NCBI GenBank assembly: GCA_001303125.1
Contig: LJNE01000006.1
Coordinates: 9,169-73,168 of the forward strand
Direction: 5' to 3'
DNA from: Parcubacteria bacterium DG_74_1
GTDB lineage: Bacteria; Patescibacteriota; Minisyncoccia; Minisyncoccales; DG-74-1
Length of the DNA: 64,000 nucleotides
The notes beneath the pieces were generated by a model that was not told the origin of the DNA, searched no databases, and saw only the letters and a list, made by a program, of their open reading frames with translations. The translations under genes were made by a program, and so were the position numbers. Below are positions 44,268 through 52,700 of the stretch, piece by piece (position 1 is the stretch's first letter; each line of letters opens with the position of its first letter).

Positions 44268-45818
44268 ATGGAGATTCTTCAGCAAATAATCAAAGACTTA
44301 ATTAAAGGACAGATTAAAACTTCGACGGAGTTAGTTTCTTTTAAAAGAAGGGTATCAAAAAAATATAAAATTCCTTGTCCGAGTAATATCAAGCTATTAA
44401 GAGCTTATCACGAACTGGTTAAAAATAAAAGTATCAAAAAATCAATGGAATTAGAGGACACACTTAAAACTCGACCGATCCGCTCTCTTTCCGGAGTTGT
44501 TAATGTCTCGGTTCTAACTAAACCCTATCCTTGTCCGGGAAAATGTCTTTACTGCCCGATAGAAAAAGGAATTCCCAAAAGTTATGTTTCCGGAGAGCCG
44601 GCCGTAGAAAGAGCTAAGAAATTAAAATATAATCCTTGCTCGCAAGTTAAAAAGAGGATTGAAATGTTAGGAATTGAAGGACATCCTACAGATAAGATTG
44701 AAATTAGGATAGTGGGAGGGACTTGGAGTTATTATCCCAGGGATTATCAAGCTTGGTTTATAAAAAGATGCTCCGATGCTTGTAATGAGAAGCCTAGTAA
44801 AAATTTAAAAGAGGCTCAAAAACTGAACGAGAAAGCAAAACATAGAATAGTTGGGTTATCAGTTGAGACAAGGCCAGATTTTATTAATAAAAATGAAGTC
44901 AAACGGTTAAGAGATTTGGGGGTAACGATGGTTGAGATTGGAGTTCAGTCAATATATGACAACATTTTAAAATTGAATCAAAGGGGACATGGAGTTAGGG
45001 AGACAATTTTGGCGACTAAGCTCTTGAAAGATGCTGGTTTCAAGGTTTTGTATCAAATAATGCCGAACTTACTTGGCTCCACTCTCAAAAGAGACAAGAA
45101 AATGTTTAAAGAGCTCTTCTCTAATTCTGATTTCCAGCCAGATTTATTAAAAATTTATCCCTGCGCCCTTTTGAAAGAAACCCCGTTATATGAATTATGG
45201 AAAAAGGGTAAATATAAGCCCTACGCACAATCGCAATTGATAAACCTTTTAAAGTCGATCAAAAAGAAAATGCCCTATTATGTCAGGATCCAACGAATTA
45301 CTAGAGATATTCCTTCAAAAATTATTATTGTGGGCCCGGCAAAAATTTCTAATTTGCGCCAGATACTGTTTCAAAAAATGAGGAAGGAGAGATGGCAATG
45401 CAAATGTATCAGGTGCCGTGAGGTTAAGGAAGCATACAATCAAAAAGAAAAAATATATTTTTTCCGTCAGGACTATAAGGCTTCGGGGGGCAGAGAAGTA
45501 TTTTTGAGTTTTGAAAGTAAACAAAAAACAAAACTTTATAGCTTACTCCGTCTCCATTTAACTTCAGATAAACGAGCAATAATACGCGAGCTTCATACTT
45601 ACGGCCAACAACTTTCTTTTTTATATCCCCTTAAGAAGTTAGCGGTCTCACCTCAGCATAAGGGATTAGGAAAAAAATTAGTTAAAGAGGCGGAGAAAAT
45701 TACTAAAAAAGATTTCAAATTAAATAAAATTGCTGTAATTTCAGCCGTTGGAACGAGGAATTACTTCCGCAGATTAGGGTACAGGTTAAAAGATACTTAT
45801 ATGGTCAAGAAAATATAG
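44268..45818 (+). CDS. elp3: Elp3-family radical SAM + GNAT tRNA-modification enzyme
   Basis: 516 aa. RPIRSLSGVVNVSVLTKPYPCPGKCLYCP provides the CxxxCxxC radical SAM motif. A TIM-barrel region (VEIGVQS) and a C-terminal GNAT domain with QHKGLGKKL follow. Confidence 0.88.
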   Translation: MEILQQIIKDLIKGQIKTSTELVSFKRRVSKKYKIPCPSNIKLLRAYHELVKNKSIKKSMELEDTLKTRPIRSLSGVVNVSVLTKPYPCPGKCLYCPIEKGIPKSYVSGEPAVERAKKLKYNPCSQVKKRIEMLGIEGHPTDKIEIRIVGGTWSYYPRDYQAWFIKRCSDACNEKPSKNLKEAQKLNEKAKHRIVGLSVETRPDFINKNEVKRLRDLGVTMVEIGVQSIYDNILKLNQRGHGVRETILATKLLKDAGFKVLYQIMPNLLGSTLKRDKKMFKELFSNSDFQPDLLKIYPCALLKETPLYELWKKGKYKPYAQSQLINLLKSIKKKMPYYVRIQRITRDIPSKIIIVGPAKISNLRQILFQKMRKERWQCKCIRCREVKEAYNQKEKIYFFRQDYKASGGREVFLSFESKQKTKLYSLLRLHLTSDKRAIIRELHTYGQQLSFLYPLKKLAVSPQHKGLGKKLVKEAEKITKKDFKLNKIAVISAVGTRNYFRRLGYRLKDTYMVKKI

Positions 45819-45832
45819 TCTTGTCTCCCCCA

Positions 45833-45871
45833 GGGGAAATCCTTCTTTTAAATTTCCCCTTTATTTTTTTT
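45833..45871 (+). terminator. Rho-independent terminator of elp3
   Basis: GGGGAAAT (45833-45840) / ATTTCCCC (45852-45859) with an 11-nt loop, followed by TTTATTTTTTTT. Confidence 0.8.
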
Positions 45872-45940
45872 ATGTTATTATAATTAAAGATGAGTAAAAA
45901 GGTCGATTTTTCTCCCTAATAAAAAAAATTTAATTCGCAT

Positions 45941-46705
45941 ATGGGAACCTTATTCGGATTTTTAATTTTTATTTTTGTAGTTTTTCTGCTTGGTTTACGT
46001 CTCATTAACCAATACGAAAGGGGGGTTGTATTAAGGCTAGGAAGATATAATAGTACGCGTCAACCAGGGCTTAACTGGATTATCCCTTTCATCGACAGAA
46101 TGATAAAGGTAGATATAAGAATCACCACCGTTGATATACCTCGCCAGGAAGCCATAACCAAAGACAATGTACCAGTCGGAATTAATGCTGTCGTTTATTT
46201 TAAAGTCCAGAGAGCCGAAGATGCAGTACTAAAAATTGAAAACTACTCCTACGCAACATCTCAATACGCCCTGGCTGCAATGCGAGATATTGTTGGGGGA
46301 GTTGAGCTCGATGTTCTCCTTACTGAAAGGGAAAAAATCGCCGGGGATATTAAGTTGGTAGTAGACAAAGAAACCGATCCGTGGGGAATTGATGTCACGG
46401 CAATAAAAATGCAGGATATAGAACTTCCGGCTGGAATGAAAAGAGCTATGGCTGCCCAAGCTGAAACTGAAAGAGAAAAAAGAGCAATTATTATTAAAGC
46501 AGAGGGTGAAGTAAAGGCGGCTGAAAACTTACAAAGAGCAGCAGGAATCCTCGGCACAATCCCTGGTGGTTTGTCTTTAAGGACCTTGGAAACAATTGAC
46601 AAACTTCAGCCCGATCCTTCTAAAACCGTGATTTTTGCTTTACCGGTAGAAATTATGGAAGGAATGCAGTCATTAATTGCCGAAAGGAAGAAAAATAAAC
46701 AATAA
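45941..46705 (+). CDS. SPFH/band-7 (stomatin-like) protein
   Basis: 254 aa with an N-terminal TM helix. YERGVVLRLGRY..GLNWIIPFIDR..TKDNV..YFKV and an Ala/Glu-rich coiled coil. Confidence 0.88.
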   Translation: MGTLFGFLIFIFVVFLLGLRLINQYERGVVLRLGRYNSTRQPGLNWIIPFIDRMIKVDIRITTVDIPRQEAITKDNVPVGINAVVYFKVQRAEDAVLKIENYSYATSQYALAAMRDIVGGVELDVLLTEREKIAGDIKLVVDKETDPWGIDVTAIKMQDIELPAGMKRAMAAQAETEREKRAIIIKAEGEVKAAENLQRAAGILGTIPGGLSLRTLETIDKLQPDPSKTVIFALPVEIMEGMQSLIAERKKNKQ

Positions 46706-46711
46706 GGACCG

Positions 46712-46752
46712 AATATTAAAAGTCCCTTTTAATATTCATAGGGACTTTTAAT
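46712..46752. terminator. Bidirectional terminator between convergent genes
   Basis: There are two alternative hairpins: AATATTAAAA/TTTTAATATT, and AAAAGTCCC (46718-46726)/GGGACTTTT (46741-46749). Both are flanked by T/A runs. Confidence 0.6.
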
Positions 46753-46766
46753 TTGAATAAATTTAT

Positions 46767-47552
46767 CTATCTGATTTCTTTCAAGAATTCTTTGGCCAAT
46801 TCTGCGGTTTCGGTACTGCTTTTATAAAAAGACTTCCAAACAACTACGATATCGGCGTCATTAAACAGTGCTCTTCGGGCTTCTTCAAAAGTGTCGCCGC
46901 CAGCAATAGCAATCATAATGTCGTAGTTGCTTTTTATTCTTTGAATTTCGTGAAAGGGAATTTCTTTTTCTGGATTAAAAGCCTCTTCGTCTACACCACG
47001 GTGCAAAATTACAACCTGGGGAGGTTCTTTTAACTGGCGGAGGACATTCAAAGGAAATTCAAAGTTCATCATGTCTATCATTGAATCCAAGCCGGCTTTT
47101 CCGCAGTTTTCAATAAAAGCATCCAGTGTTTCAATCGGAGCATGCCCAAGAACAACGGCGGCATTAGCCCCTCCTTCTCGGGCGATTTCTACTTCTCTTA
47201 GCCCCCTGTCCATACATTTTAAATCAGCGACAATATATGGCGTAAAAAAAGTTTCGGTAACCTTCTCCCTTCTATTCTGCTTTGTTCTTTTTTCTAAACT
47301 TCTAGCCAATAATCCGACCGGTCCCATTGAACTAAAGGCCGGAGGAGGTAGTCCGCCAGAGGTTCCGAAAATTCTTTGCTCCCACCAATTCCTTATAGCT
47401 CTGACACCTCTTATTCCATAAGCCTTAATCAAAGGAGTGCCAGCCTCAACAATAATTCTTTTATCTAAAGGGATTTGGCTTATAATACTATGAGCCTCGT
47501 TTAATGTGCTGTTCAGGGCAATCTGAAAATATTTTTGTTTTTTATCTAACAT
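46767..47552 (-). CDS. 3-hexulose-6-phosphate synthase-like protein (OMPDC/HUMPS superfamily)
   Basis: 261 aa. FQIALN (versus QVALD), IVEAGTPLIK, IVADLKCMDRG (versus ADLKTMDAG), and HRGVDE..IAIAGG. An insertion of about 45 aa (FGTSGGLPPPAFSS..REKVTETFFT) precedes the DLK motif. Confidence 0.5.
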   Translation of the reverse strand: MLDKKQKYFQIALNSTLNEAHSIISQIPLDKRIIVEAGTPLIKAYGIRGVRAIRNWWEQRIFGTSGGLPPPAFSSMGPVGLLARSLEKRTKQNRREKVTETFFTPYIVADLKCMDRGLREVEIAREGGANAAVVLGHAPIETLDAFIENCGKAGLDSMIDMMNFEFPLNVLRQLKEPPQVVILHRGVDEEAFNPEKEIPFHEIQRIKSNYDIMIAIAGGDTFEEARRALFNDADIVVVWKSFYKSSTETAELAKEFLKEIR

Positions 47553-47630
47553 TTTAATTGATATTCTATTTAGAATTAAAAAATATCAGCTTATTGAATA
47601 ATTATATAGCAAATTGATATTTTAAAGAAG

Positions 47631-48782
47631 TTAGCGACCCAAGAGCTGCAACCTTTTTTGAGCCCTGGCTTTCTCTGAAATAGAAATACTGCTTTTTTGA
47701 ATTCCTTTTTCTAAAATTTCTAAAGTTTTATCGTAGGTCATTCTGTCAACAGGAAAAGGTGTACCATCTTTCCCTCCAACGGAAAAAGTATAACGAGCCG
47801 GATCTTGATAAGAAGGTTTCGCCCCGTAAATTATTTCTGAAACCAAAGAAAGAGCTCTAATTGTCTTTGGGCCTACACCCTTTAACGAAAGAAGTTGCTC
47901 AAAGTTTTTTGGCTCCTTACCCCGGGCTCCAAAAATTATTTTTTCTATCCTTTTTAAGTCAAATTTTTCCTCGACTGTCCAAGTGGAACGAGGACGGGAG
48001 ATGAATGAAAATTCATCGACCACTGGATGCCAGTAGAATTCTTTATTGTATAATTCCATTGTTGTCAGGTTTTTTGATTTTTTCGTCTGAATTAAATTCA
48101 GATCTTTTAAAAATTGCCCTGGCTCCTCTCTAACTAAACCAAGGGAAATTTCCCTGTTGTCGTTACTTTTTTCCGCGGTTAGATTGAGAGGCCTTACCTT
48201 AGCCCCAGAGATAATTCCTGAATGAGGTCTCTCAATAAAATCTTTGACAGCAGAAGATAGCCAATGATAACGGCGGGCCGTCTGATTCTGCGTATTCATC
48301 CCCTGTTGAACAACTACCCAATTGCCTGATTTGGTAAATAAAAAATTATGCTGGTAGATTTGGTAATTATCCTGGATTAAGGAAGAATCAACTTTAGCTG
48401 CCATTTTGGAGGCATAAATTAATTTAGGGGCAAAAGAAAATTGCCGGGAAATTCCGTAGGCCGTAATTTCCTCTGGAGTTTTTCTTGACTCTCTTTTCCC
48501 TCCGCAGACATAAATACCCAACTGGTCTTGAATTTCAAAAAGTCCGGCTTTCAACGCCCCCAGAGTTGTCACCGTCAGCCCCGAAGAATTCCAGTCAAAG
48601 CCCAGAACGCAACCTAAACTCTGAAACCAAACCGGACTTGATAACCTCTTTAAAAATTCTTCCGGGCCAAATTCTTCCACAATAGCTATAGCAATACCTC
48701 GCCCCAATCTCTTCATCCTTTCAAAAAGCCACCTCGGGCACCGTCCATAATCAAGAGGTACTGTAGCAATTCCTGTTCTCAT
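47631..48782 (-). CDS. DUF763-family protein (archaeal-type, HhH motif)
   Basis: 383 aa. ATVPLDYGRCPRWLFERMKRLG..LSSPVWFQSLGCVLGFDWNSSGLTVTT matches my recollection of DUF763. LLSLKGVGPKTIRAL is a helix-hairpin-helix motif. Confidence 0.65.
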   Translation of the reverse strand: MRTGIATVPLDYGRCPRWLFERMKRLGRGIAIAIVEEFGPEEFLKRLSSPVWFQSLGCVLGFDWNSSGLTVTTLGALKAGLFEIQDQLGIYVCGGKRESRKTPEEITAYGISRQFSFAPKLIYASKMAAKVDSSLIQDNYQIYQHNFLFTKSGNWVVVQQGMNTQNQTARRYHWLSSAVKDFIERPHSGIISGAKVRPLNLTAEKSNDNREISLGLVREEPGQFLKDLNLIQTKKSKNLTTMELYNKEFYWHPVVDEFSFISRPRSTWTVEEKFDLKRIEKIIFGARGKEPKNFEQLLSLKGVGPKTIRALSLVSEIIYGAKPSYQDPARYTFSVGGKDGTPFPVDRMTYDKTLEILEKGIQKSSISISEKARAQKRLQLLGR

Positions 48783-48845
48783 AACTTCATTTTACAAAAA
48801 AACCGCTTTCTTGGCGATTTTTGCTGCCCTAAGGGTAGTATAATG

Positions 48846-49562
48846 TTAAAACTCGGTTTTGGAAAAATTCTCCCGTGGAGACCGTTTTAAAAGCATAGGA
48901 ATATATATTCCAACCAAAATAAATAATACGCCTAAAATCGAAAGAGACGCTGCTACTGTAGCCATTACTTTATTAGTAACGGCATTATGCATCGGACCGC
49001 CGATAAAGAAGGCCAGAATACCTAATCCTAGAAAGATCGATCTTAATTTTATTAATCTGTCTTTTATCTTAAATGATTCTCTTATGAATACATAAACGGG
49101 GAAAAGCATGCCCAAAGCTGCTGCACCAACTATTACTGCAATACTCAGCCCTGGAACACGCCAGTTGATTATGTTTTCTGGAGCCCTAAAGAGCTCAACA
49201 TTCGAAAGGTTAAATAAAAGAATTAATCCCCCGATAACTAAATACAAAATGCTAATTTTTTTTACCAGCTTTTCCTTGTTTGGAAATTTAAGCCTTATGG
49301 GTAAAATAACTAAATTACTCATCGCCACTATCAAAAAAATATGGGCTATCCACCAGGAAATGTTGCTCATTAAATAGTTATCGAAAAACACTGCCAATCC
49401 CAAAGTCAAAAAAATCATCTGCATACCCATAGTCAATAAAAATATAGTAAGTACTTGAAGAAGAAATTCTTTCTTCTTTCTCCAGGTAAGGAAAATATAT
49501 AAACCGGATAATAAAAATGCCGTTCCCGATATAATAGTAGTTATTGAAATTAATGTAATCAT
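48846..49562 (-). CDS. Hypothetical 7-TM membrane protein
   Basis: 238 aa with about 7 hydrophobic helices. No motif recognised. Confidence 0.55.
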   Translation of the reverse strand: MITLISITTIISGTAFLLSGLYIFLTWRKKKEFLLQVLTIFLLTMGMQMIFLTLGLAVFFDNYLMSNISWWIAHIFLIVAMSNLVILPIRLKFPNKEKLVKKISILYLVIGGLILLFNLSNVELFRAPENIINWRVPGLSIAVIVGAAALGMLFPVYVFIRESFKIKDRLIKLRSIFLGLGILAFFIGGPMHNAVTNKVMATVAASLSILGVLFILVGIYIPMLLKRSPRENFSKTEF

Positions 49563-49652
49563 AATTTCCAGTTGGTTTTACCTCGAATAATAATTAATTA
49601 TATCAAAAAAAGGAATAGGCGGAAATTTCAGCCCTGAGTATAGGACTCGAAG

Positions 49653-50606
49653 TTATTTCCCTAAACGAGAAACTCTAGTTAGTCCAGAGCAAGGCGTTAT
49701 TTCAATCCCTTGCTTTTCTAGCTCATCTAAGAATAAATTCACTCCCAGGGAGTCAGAGCTCATATGGCCAGCGACAACTACATTAATATTAGCCGTCTCT
49801 GCCTCTTTTTTATGCTCCTCGGAAACATGCATACCAATTATCGTGCCAATGCCAGCTTGCGCCATTTTTTCATAAAGTTTTGGCGAGCCTTCAGTGCCAC
49901 CGGTGATTTCGGTAATAGCAATTTTACCACATCTTCTTTCAGGGTCACCAACAAAGATTGCAGGACCAGCGCCGATTTTAATGGCCTCCTTATGTTCGGG
50001 TATCTCTTTTAAAAGATTTAACAAATCCTCTAGTCTCATCAGGCTGTCTTTTTTTTCAATTTTGTTTTTTAAAAATTTAGCTGCTAAGTTATCGCAAGCT
50101 GTGTGCAGACACATCAGGTTAAATCCTAGAATCCTAGCCGTGTCTACTGTTCTTTGATGGTTCTTAGCATTAACTCCTCTAGCCACCTCGTCAATTCTTT
50201 CTTTCATTAAACCCTCGGCAATGTTTATAGGAACGCCGTATTGGTTTAAAACGTCGCATTGAAGCTCCATTACTTCAGATAGGTAGGCCAAGCCTTTACC
50301 TAGCGGATGGTGAGAAATAATCAAATCAATATTACCGATCTCTTTAGCTAATAAGATTTCCGCAGGTTCAATGTCAATGCCCACCAAAACTCTTTTAATA
50401 TCTTCGTCTTGGCTGATATTTAGAATCCTTGAATCTAAATAGGGATTTTCTAGGGACTCTTTGTCAAATTCGTTTTTTTCCTGCTCAGAAAGTTTTTCAT
50501 ATTTTTCTTTCTTTCTTTGTAAAAATTTTGCCACCCCTTCTCTTCCCCGAAAGTCAGCCTCAATTCCTTTGTTTATCGCTAGATTGTAGATTTCTTTTGC
50601 TTTCAT
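49653..50606 (-). CDS. NIF3-family dinuclear-metal protein
   Basis: 317 aa. DLIISHHPL, the C-terminal VVAGHMSSDSLG, and a long inserted middle domain. Confidence 0.7.
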   Translation of the reverse strand: MKAKEIYNLAINKGIEADFRGREGVAKFLQRKKEKYEKLSEQEKNEFDKESLENPYLDSRILNISQDEDIKRVLVGIDIEPAEILLAKEIGNIDLIISHHPLGKGLAYLSEVMELQCDVLNQYGVPINIAEGLMKERIDEVARGVNAKNHQRTVDTARILGFNLMCLHTACDNLAAKFLKNKIEKKDSLMRLEDLLNLLKEIPEHKEAIKIGAGPAIFVGDPERRCGKIAITEITGGTEGSPKLYEKMAQAGIGTIIGMHVSEEHKKEAETANINVVVAGHMSSDSLGVNLFLDELEKQGIEITPCSGLTRVSRLGK

Positions 50607-50742
50607 CTTTTTTAAGGAATCTTTGATAAAGTTGGTTGATTAGTTCTCCTTGTTTTTTAGTATCTAAAACTTCTCGGCGAATCCGAGCTTTTTCCTGACG
50701 AATAAATTTTCTGATACTTCTCGGCATCTTTTTTCTTCCCAT
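50560..50742 (-). CDS. Small basic protein (hypothetical)
   Basis: 60 aa (MGRKKMPRSIRKFIRQEKARIRREVLD..). An AGGA lies 5 nt upstream of the ATG. It overlaps the NIF3 start by 47 nt. Confidence 0.4.
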   Translation of the reverse strand: MGRKKMPRSIRKFIRQEKARIRREVLDTKKQGELINQLYQRFLKKDESKRNLQSSDKQRN

Positions 50743-50833
50743 AATTCCTAATTATTAATCTATAATTCATAAAGTGAGACCCGCGAAGCGGGGTGAGGTG
50801 GGAGACGAGGTAATCCTCAGCGATCTTCGATGT

Positions 50834-52276
50834 TTATTCTCCCTTAATTACCGCTAATGGTTTTAATTTTACTACTTTTTTGGACAAGCCAGCGTTATGG
50901 ACTACTCCTACCACGTCGTCAACATTTTTATAGGCCATTGGGGCTTCTTCTGCTATCCCTCGAAGATTCCAACATTTAACAATAATACCTTTGGATTTTA
51001 ACTCTTTTAGCAAATTTTGTCCAGAAACCCTTCTGGTAGCTTCGTGACGAGACATGGTTCTACCCGCGCCATGATTTGTCGAGAAAAATGCGTCTCTCCC
51101 AGTATTTACTCCGACCAGGACATAGGAGGCGGTCCCCATTGAGCCGGGAATCAAAACCGGTTGGCCAACCGCTCGGTATTTCTGAGGAACCTCGGGATGA
51201 CTAGGGGGAAAGGCTCTCGTTGCCCCTTTTCTATGGAGACAAAGTTCTAATGTTTCTCCTTCAATTTCATGTTTCTCGATTTTAGCAATATTATGGGCCA
51301 CATCATAAACTGTAGTTAAGTTTGTAGATTTTTCTCCCAAAACTGACCTCCAGGCCTTCCTGACAAAGTGGGCGATTGTTTGGCGATTGGCCCAAGCATA
51401 ATTGGCTCCGGCAGCCATAGCTGATAGATATTTTTGTCCTTCAGGAGAATTAATCGGGCAGGCAGCTAACTCTCTATCGGGCAATCTTATACCGTATTTA
51501 TCCATCGTCCCCATCATTACCCTTATATAATCAGTAGCAATTTGATGACCTAGGCCCCGAGAACCAGTGTGAATCATGATAACGACCTGTTCTAAAAATA
51601 AACCGAAAATTTCAGCTGTCTTCCCGTCAAAAACTTCGTCTACTTTTTGAATTTCCAAGAAATGATTTCCGGAACCTAAGGTCCCCACCTGGTCTCTGCC
51701 CCTGTTTTTGGCATGATCGGAAACGAGAGAAGCGTCAGCTTGAGGAAGCCTCCCATTCGATTCGCAGCTCTCTAAGTCCTCCTTTTCGCCATAACCCTGT
51801 TCAACTACTCTCTGGGCCCCTCTCTCTAAAATCTTATTAATAGAAGCGGCGTCTAGCTTTATTTGCCTTCCCCGTCCTAAGCCAGAAGGAACTTCTTTTT
51901 GGATTTCTATTGCTAAGCCCTCTAAATAGTTTCTAATTTCTTCTTCTTTATAATCTGATTTTAAAAGCCTCATGCCGCAGTTAATATCATAGCCAACGCC
52001 GCCGGGCGAAATCACCCCACTCTTTATATCCATAGCGGCTACTCCGCCAATTGGGAAGCCGTACCCTTCATGCATATCCGGCATAGCCAAGCTATAATTT
52101 ACTATTCCCGGTAAAGAGGCTACATTAACCAACTGGTCAAGCGATTTATCCCGAAGGGCGCTTTCTAACATTATTTCTGAAACGTAGGCCCTAGCCGCTA
52201 CTCGCATATCTGACCTAAACCCTTTAGGAATCTCCCATAGCGAATCATTAATTTTTATAAAATCAGATTTTTTCAT
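50834..52276 (-). CDS. rtcB: RNA ligase RtcB
   Basis: 480 aa. PDMHEGYGFPIGGV, GYDINCGMR, GSGNHFLE, HTGSRGLGHQ and NHGAGR provide the metal and GMP-His motifs. Confidence 0.96.
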   Translation of the reverse strand: MKKSDFIKINDSLWEIPKGFRSDMRVAARAYVSEIMLESALRDKSLDQLVNVASLPGIVNYSLAMPDMHEGYGFPIGGVAAMDIKSGVISPGGVGYDINCGMRLLKSDYKEEEIRNYLEGLAIEIQKEVPSGLGRGRQIKLDAASINKILERGAQRVVEQGYGEKEDLESCESNGRLPQADASLVSDHAKNRGRDQVGTLGSGNHFLEIQKVDEVFDGKTAEIFGLFLEQVVIMIHTGSRGLGHQIATDYIRVMMGTMDKYGIRLPDRELAACPINSPEGQKYLSAMAAGANYAWANRQTIAHFVRKAWRSVLGEKSTNLTTVYDVAHNIAKIEKHEIEGETLELCLHRKGATRAFPPSHPEVPQKYRAVGQPVLIPGSMGTASYVLVGVNTGRDAFFSTNHGAGRTMSRHEATRRVSGQNLLKELKSKGIIVKCWNLRGIAEEAPMAYKNVDDVVGVVHNAGLSKKVVKLKPLAVIKGE

Positions 52277-52292
52277 ATTGATCTTTTATTTT

Positions 52293-52700
52293 TTAGACAT
52301 CGAAAAGGACTATCGCTTCCCAAGTTTTGTCTTTTTTTTGATGAACATCTAAATTATGATAGGTTACGGCTTTAATATCTTCCCCAAGTCTTTCTACTTT
52401 TCGCCCCGCAAGCCTAGCTTCAAGCTCGGTATCTGTAAATCTTATAAAATCTACATTACTGTATATCTCTTTATTTATTTGATTAAAATATAAAATCTCG
52501 CTTAAAAAATCAACTAACAAAGAAAGAGGGTTAAGAGACTTGATTTTAATTTTTCTTTCTGTCTTTTTATTGTCCTTAATTTCTGGTTTTTGACTCTCGC
52601 TCATTCCTAAAAGCATGTTCTGAAATAATTCTTCTTTTGTTTTCCCAAAAGCTCTAATTTTCAAATCTGCTTTATGTTCTAAAACCTCATATTTCTTCAT
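52293..52700 (-). CDS. Archease (RtcB activator)
   Basis: 135 aa. YEVLEHKADLKIRAFGKTKEELFQN..IKAVTYHNLDV matches the archease N- and C-terminal motifs. Confidence 0.85.
   Translation of the reverse strand: MKKYEVLEHKADLKIRAFGKTKEELFQNMLLGMSESQKPEIKDNKKTERKIKIKSLNPLSLLVDFLSEILYFNQINKEIYSNVDFIRFTDTELEARLAGRKVERLGEDIKAVTYHNLDVHQKKDKTWEAIVLFDV

Noticed and set aside
46229-46602. Two minus-strand ORFs (76 and 113 aa) inside the SPFH gene.
   Set aside because: They are antisense to a clear band-7 protein. The Ala/Ser-rich translation mirrors the Ala/Glu-rich coiled coil on the coding strand.
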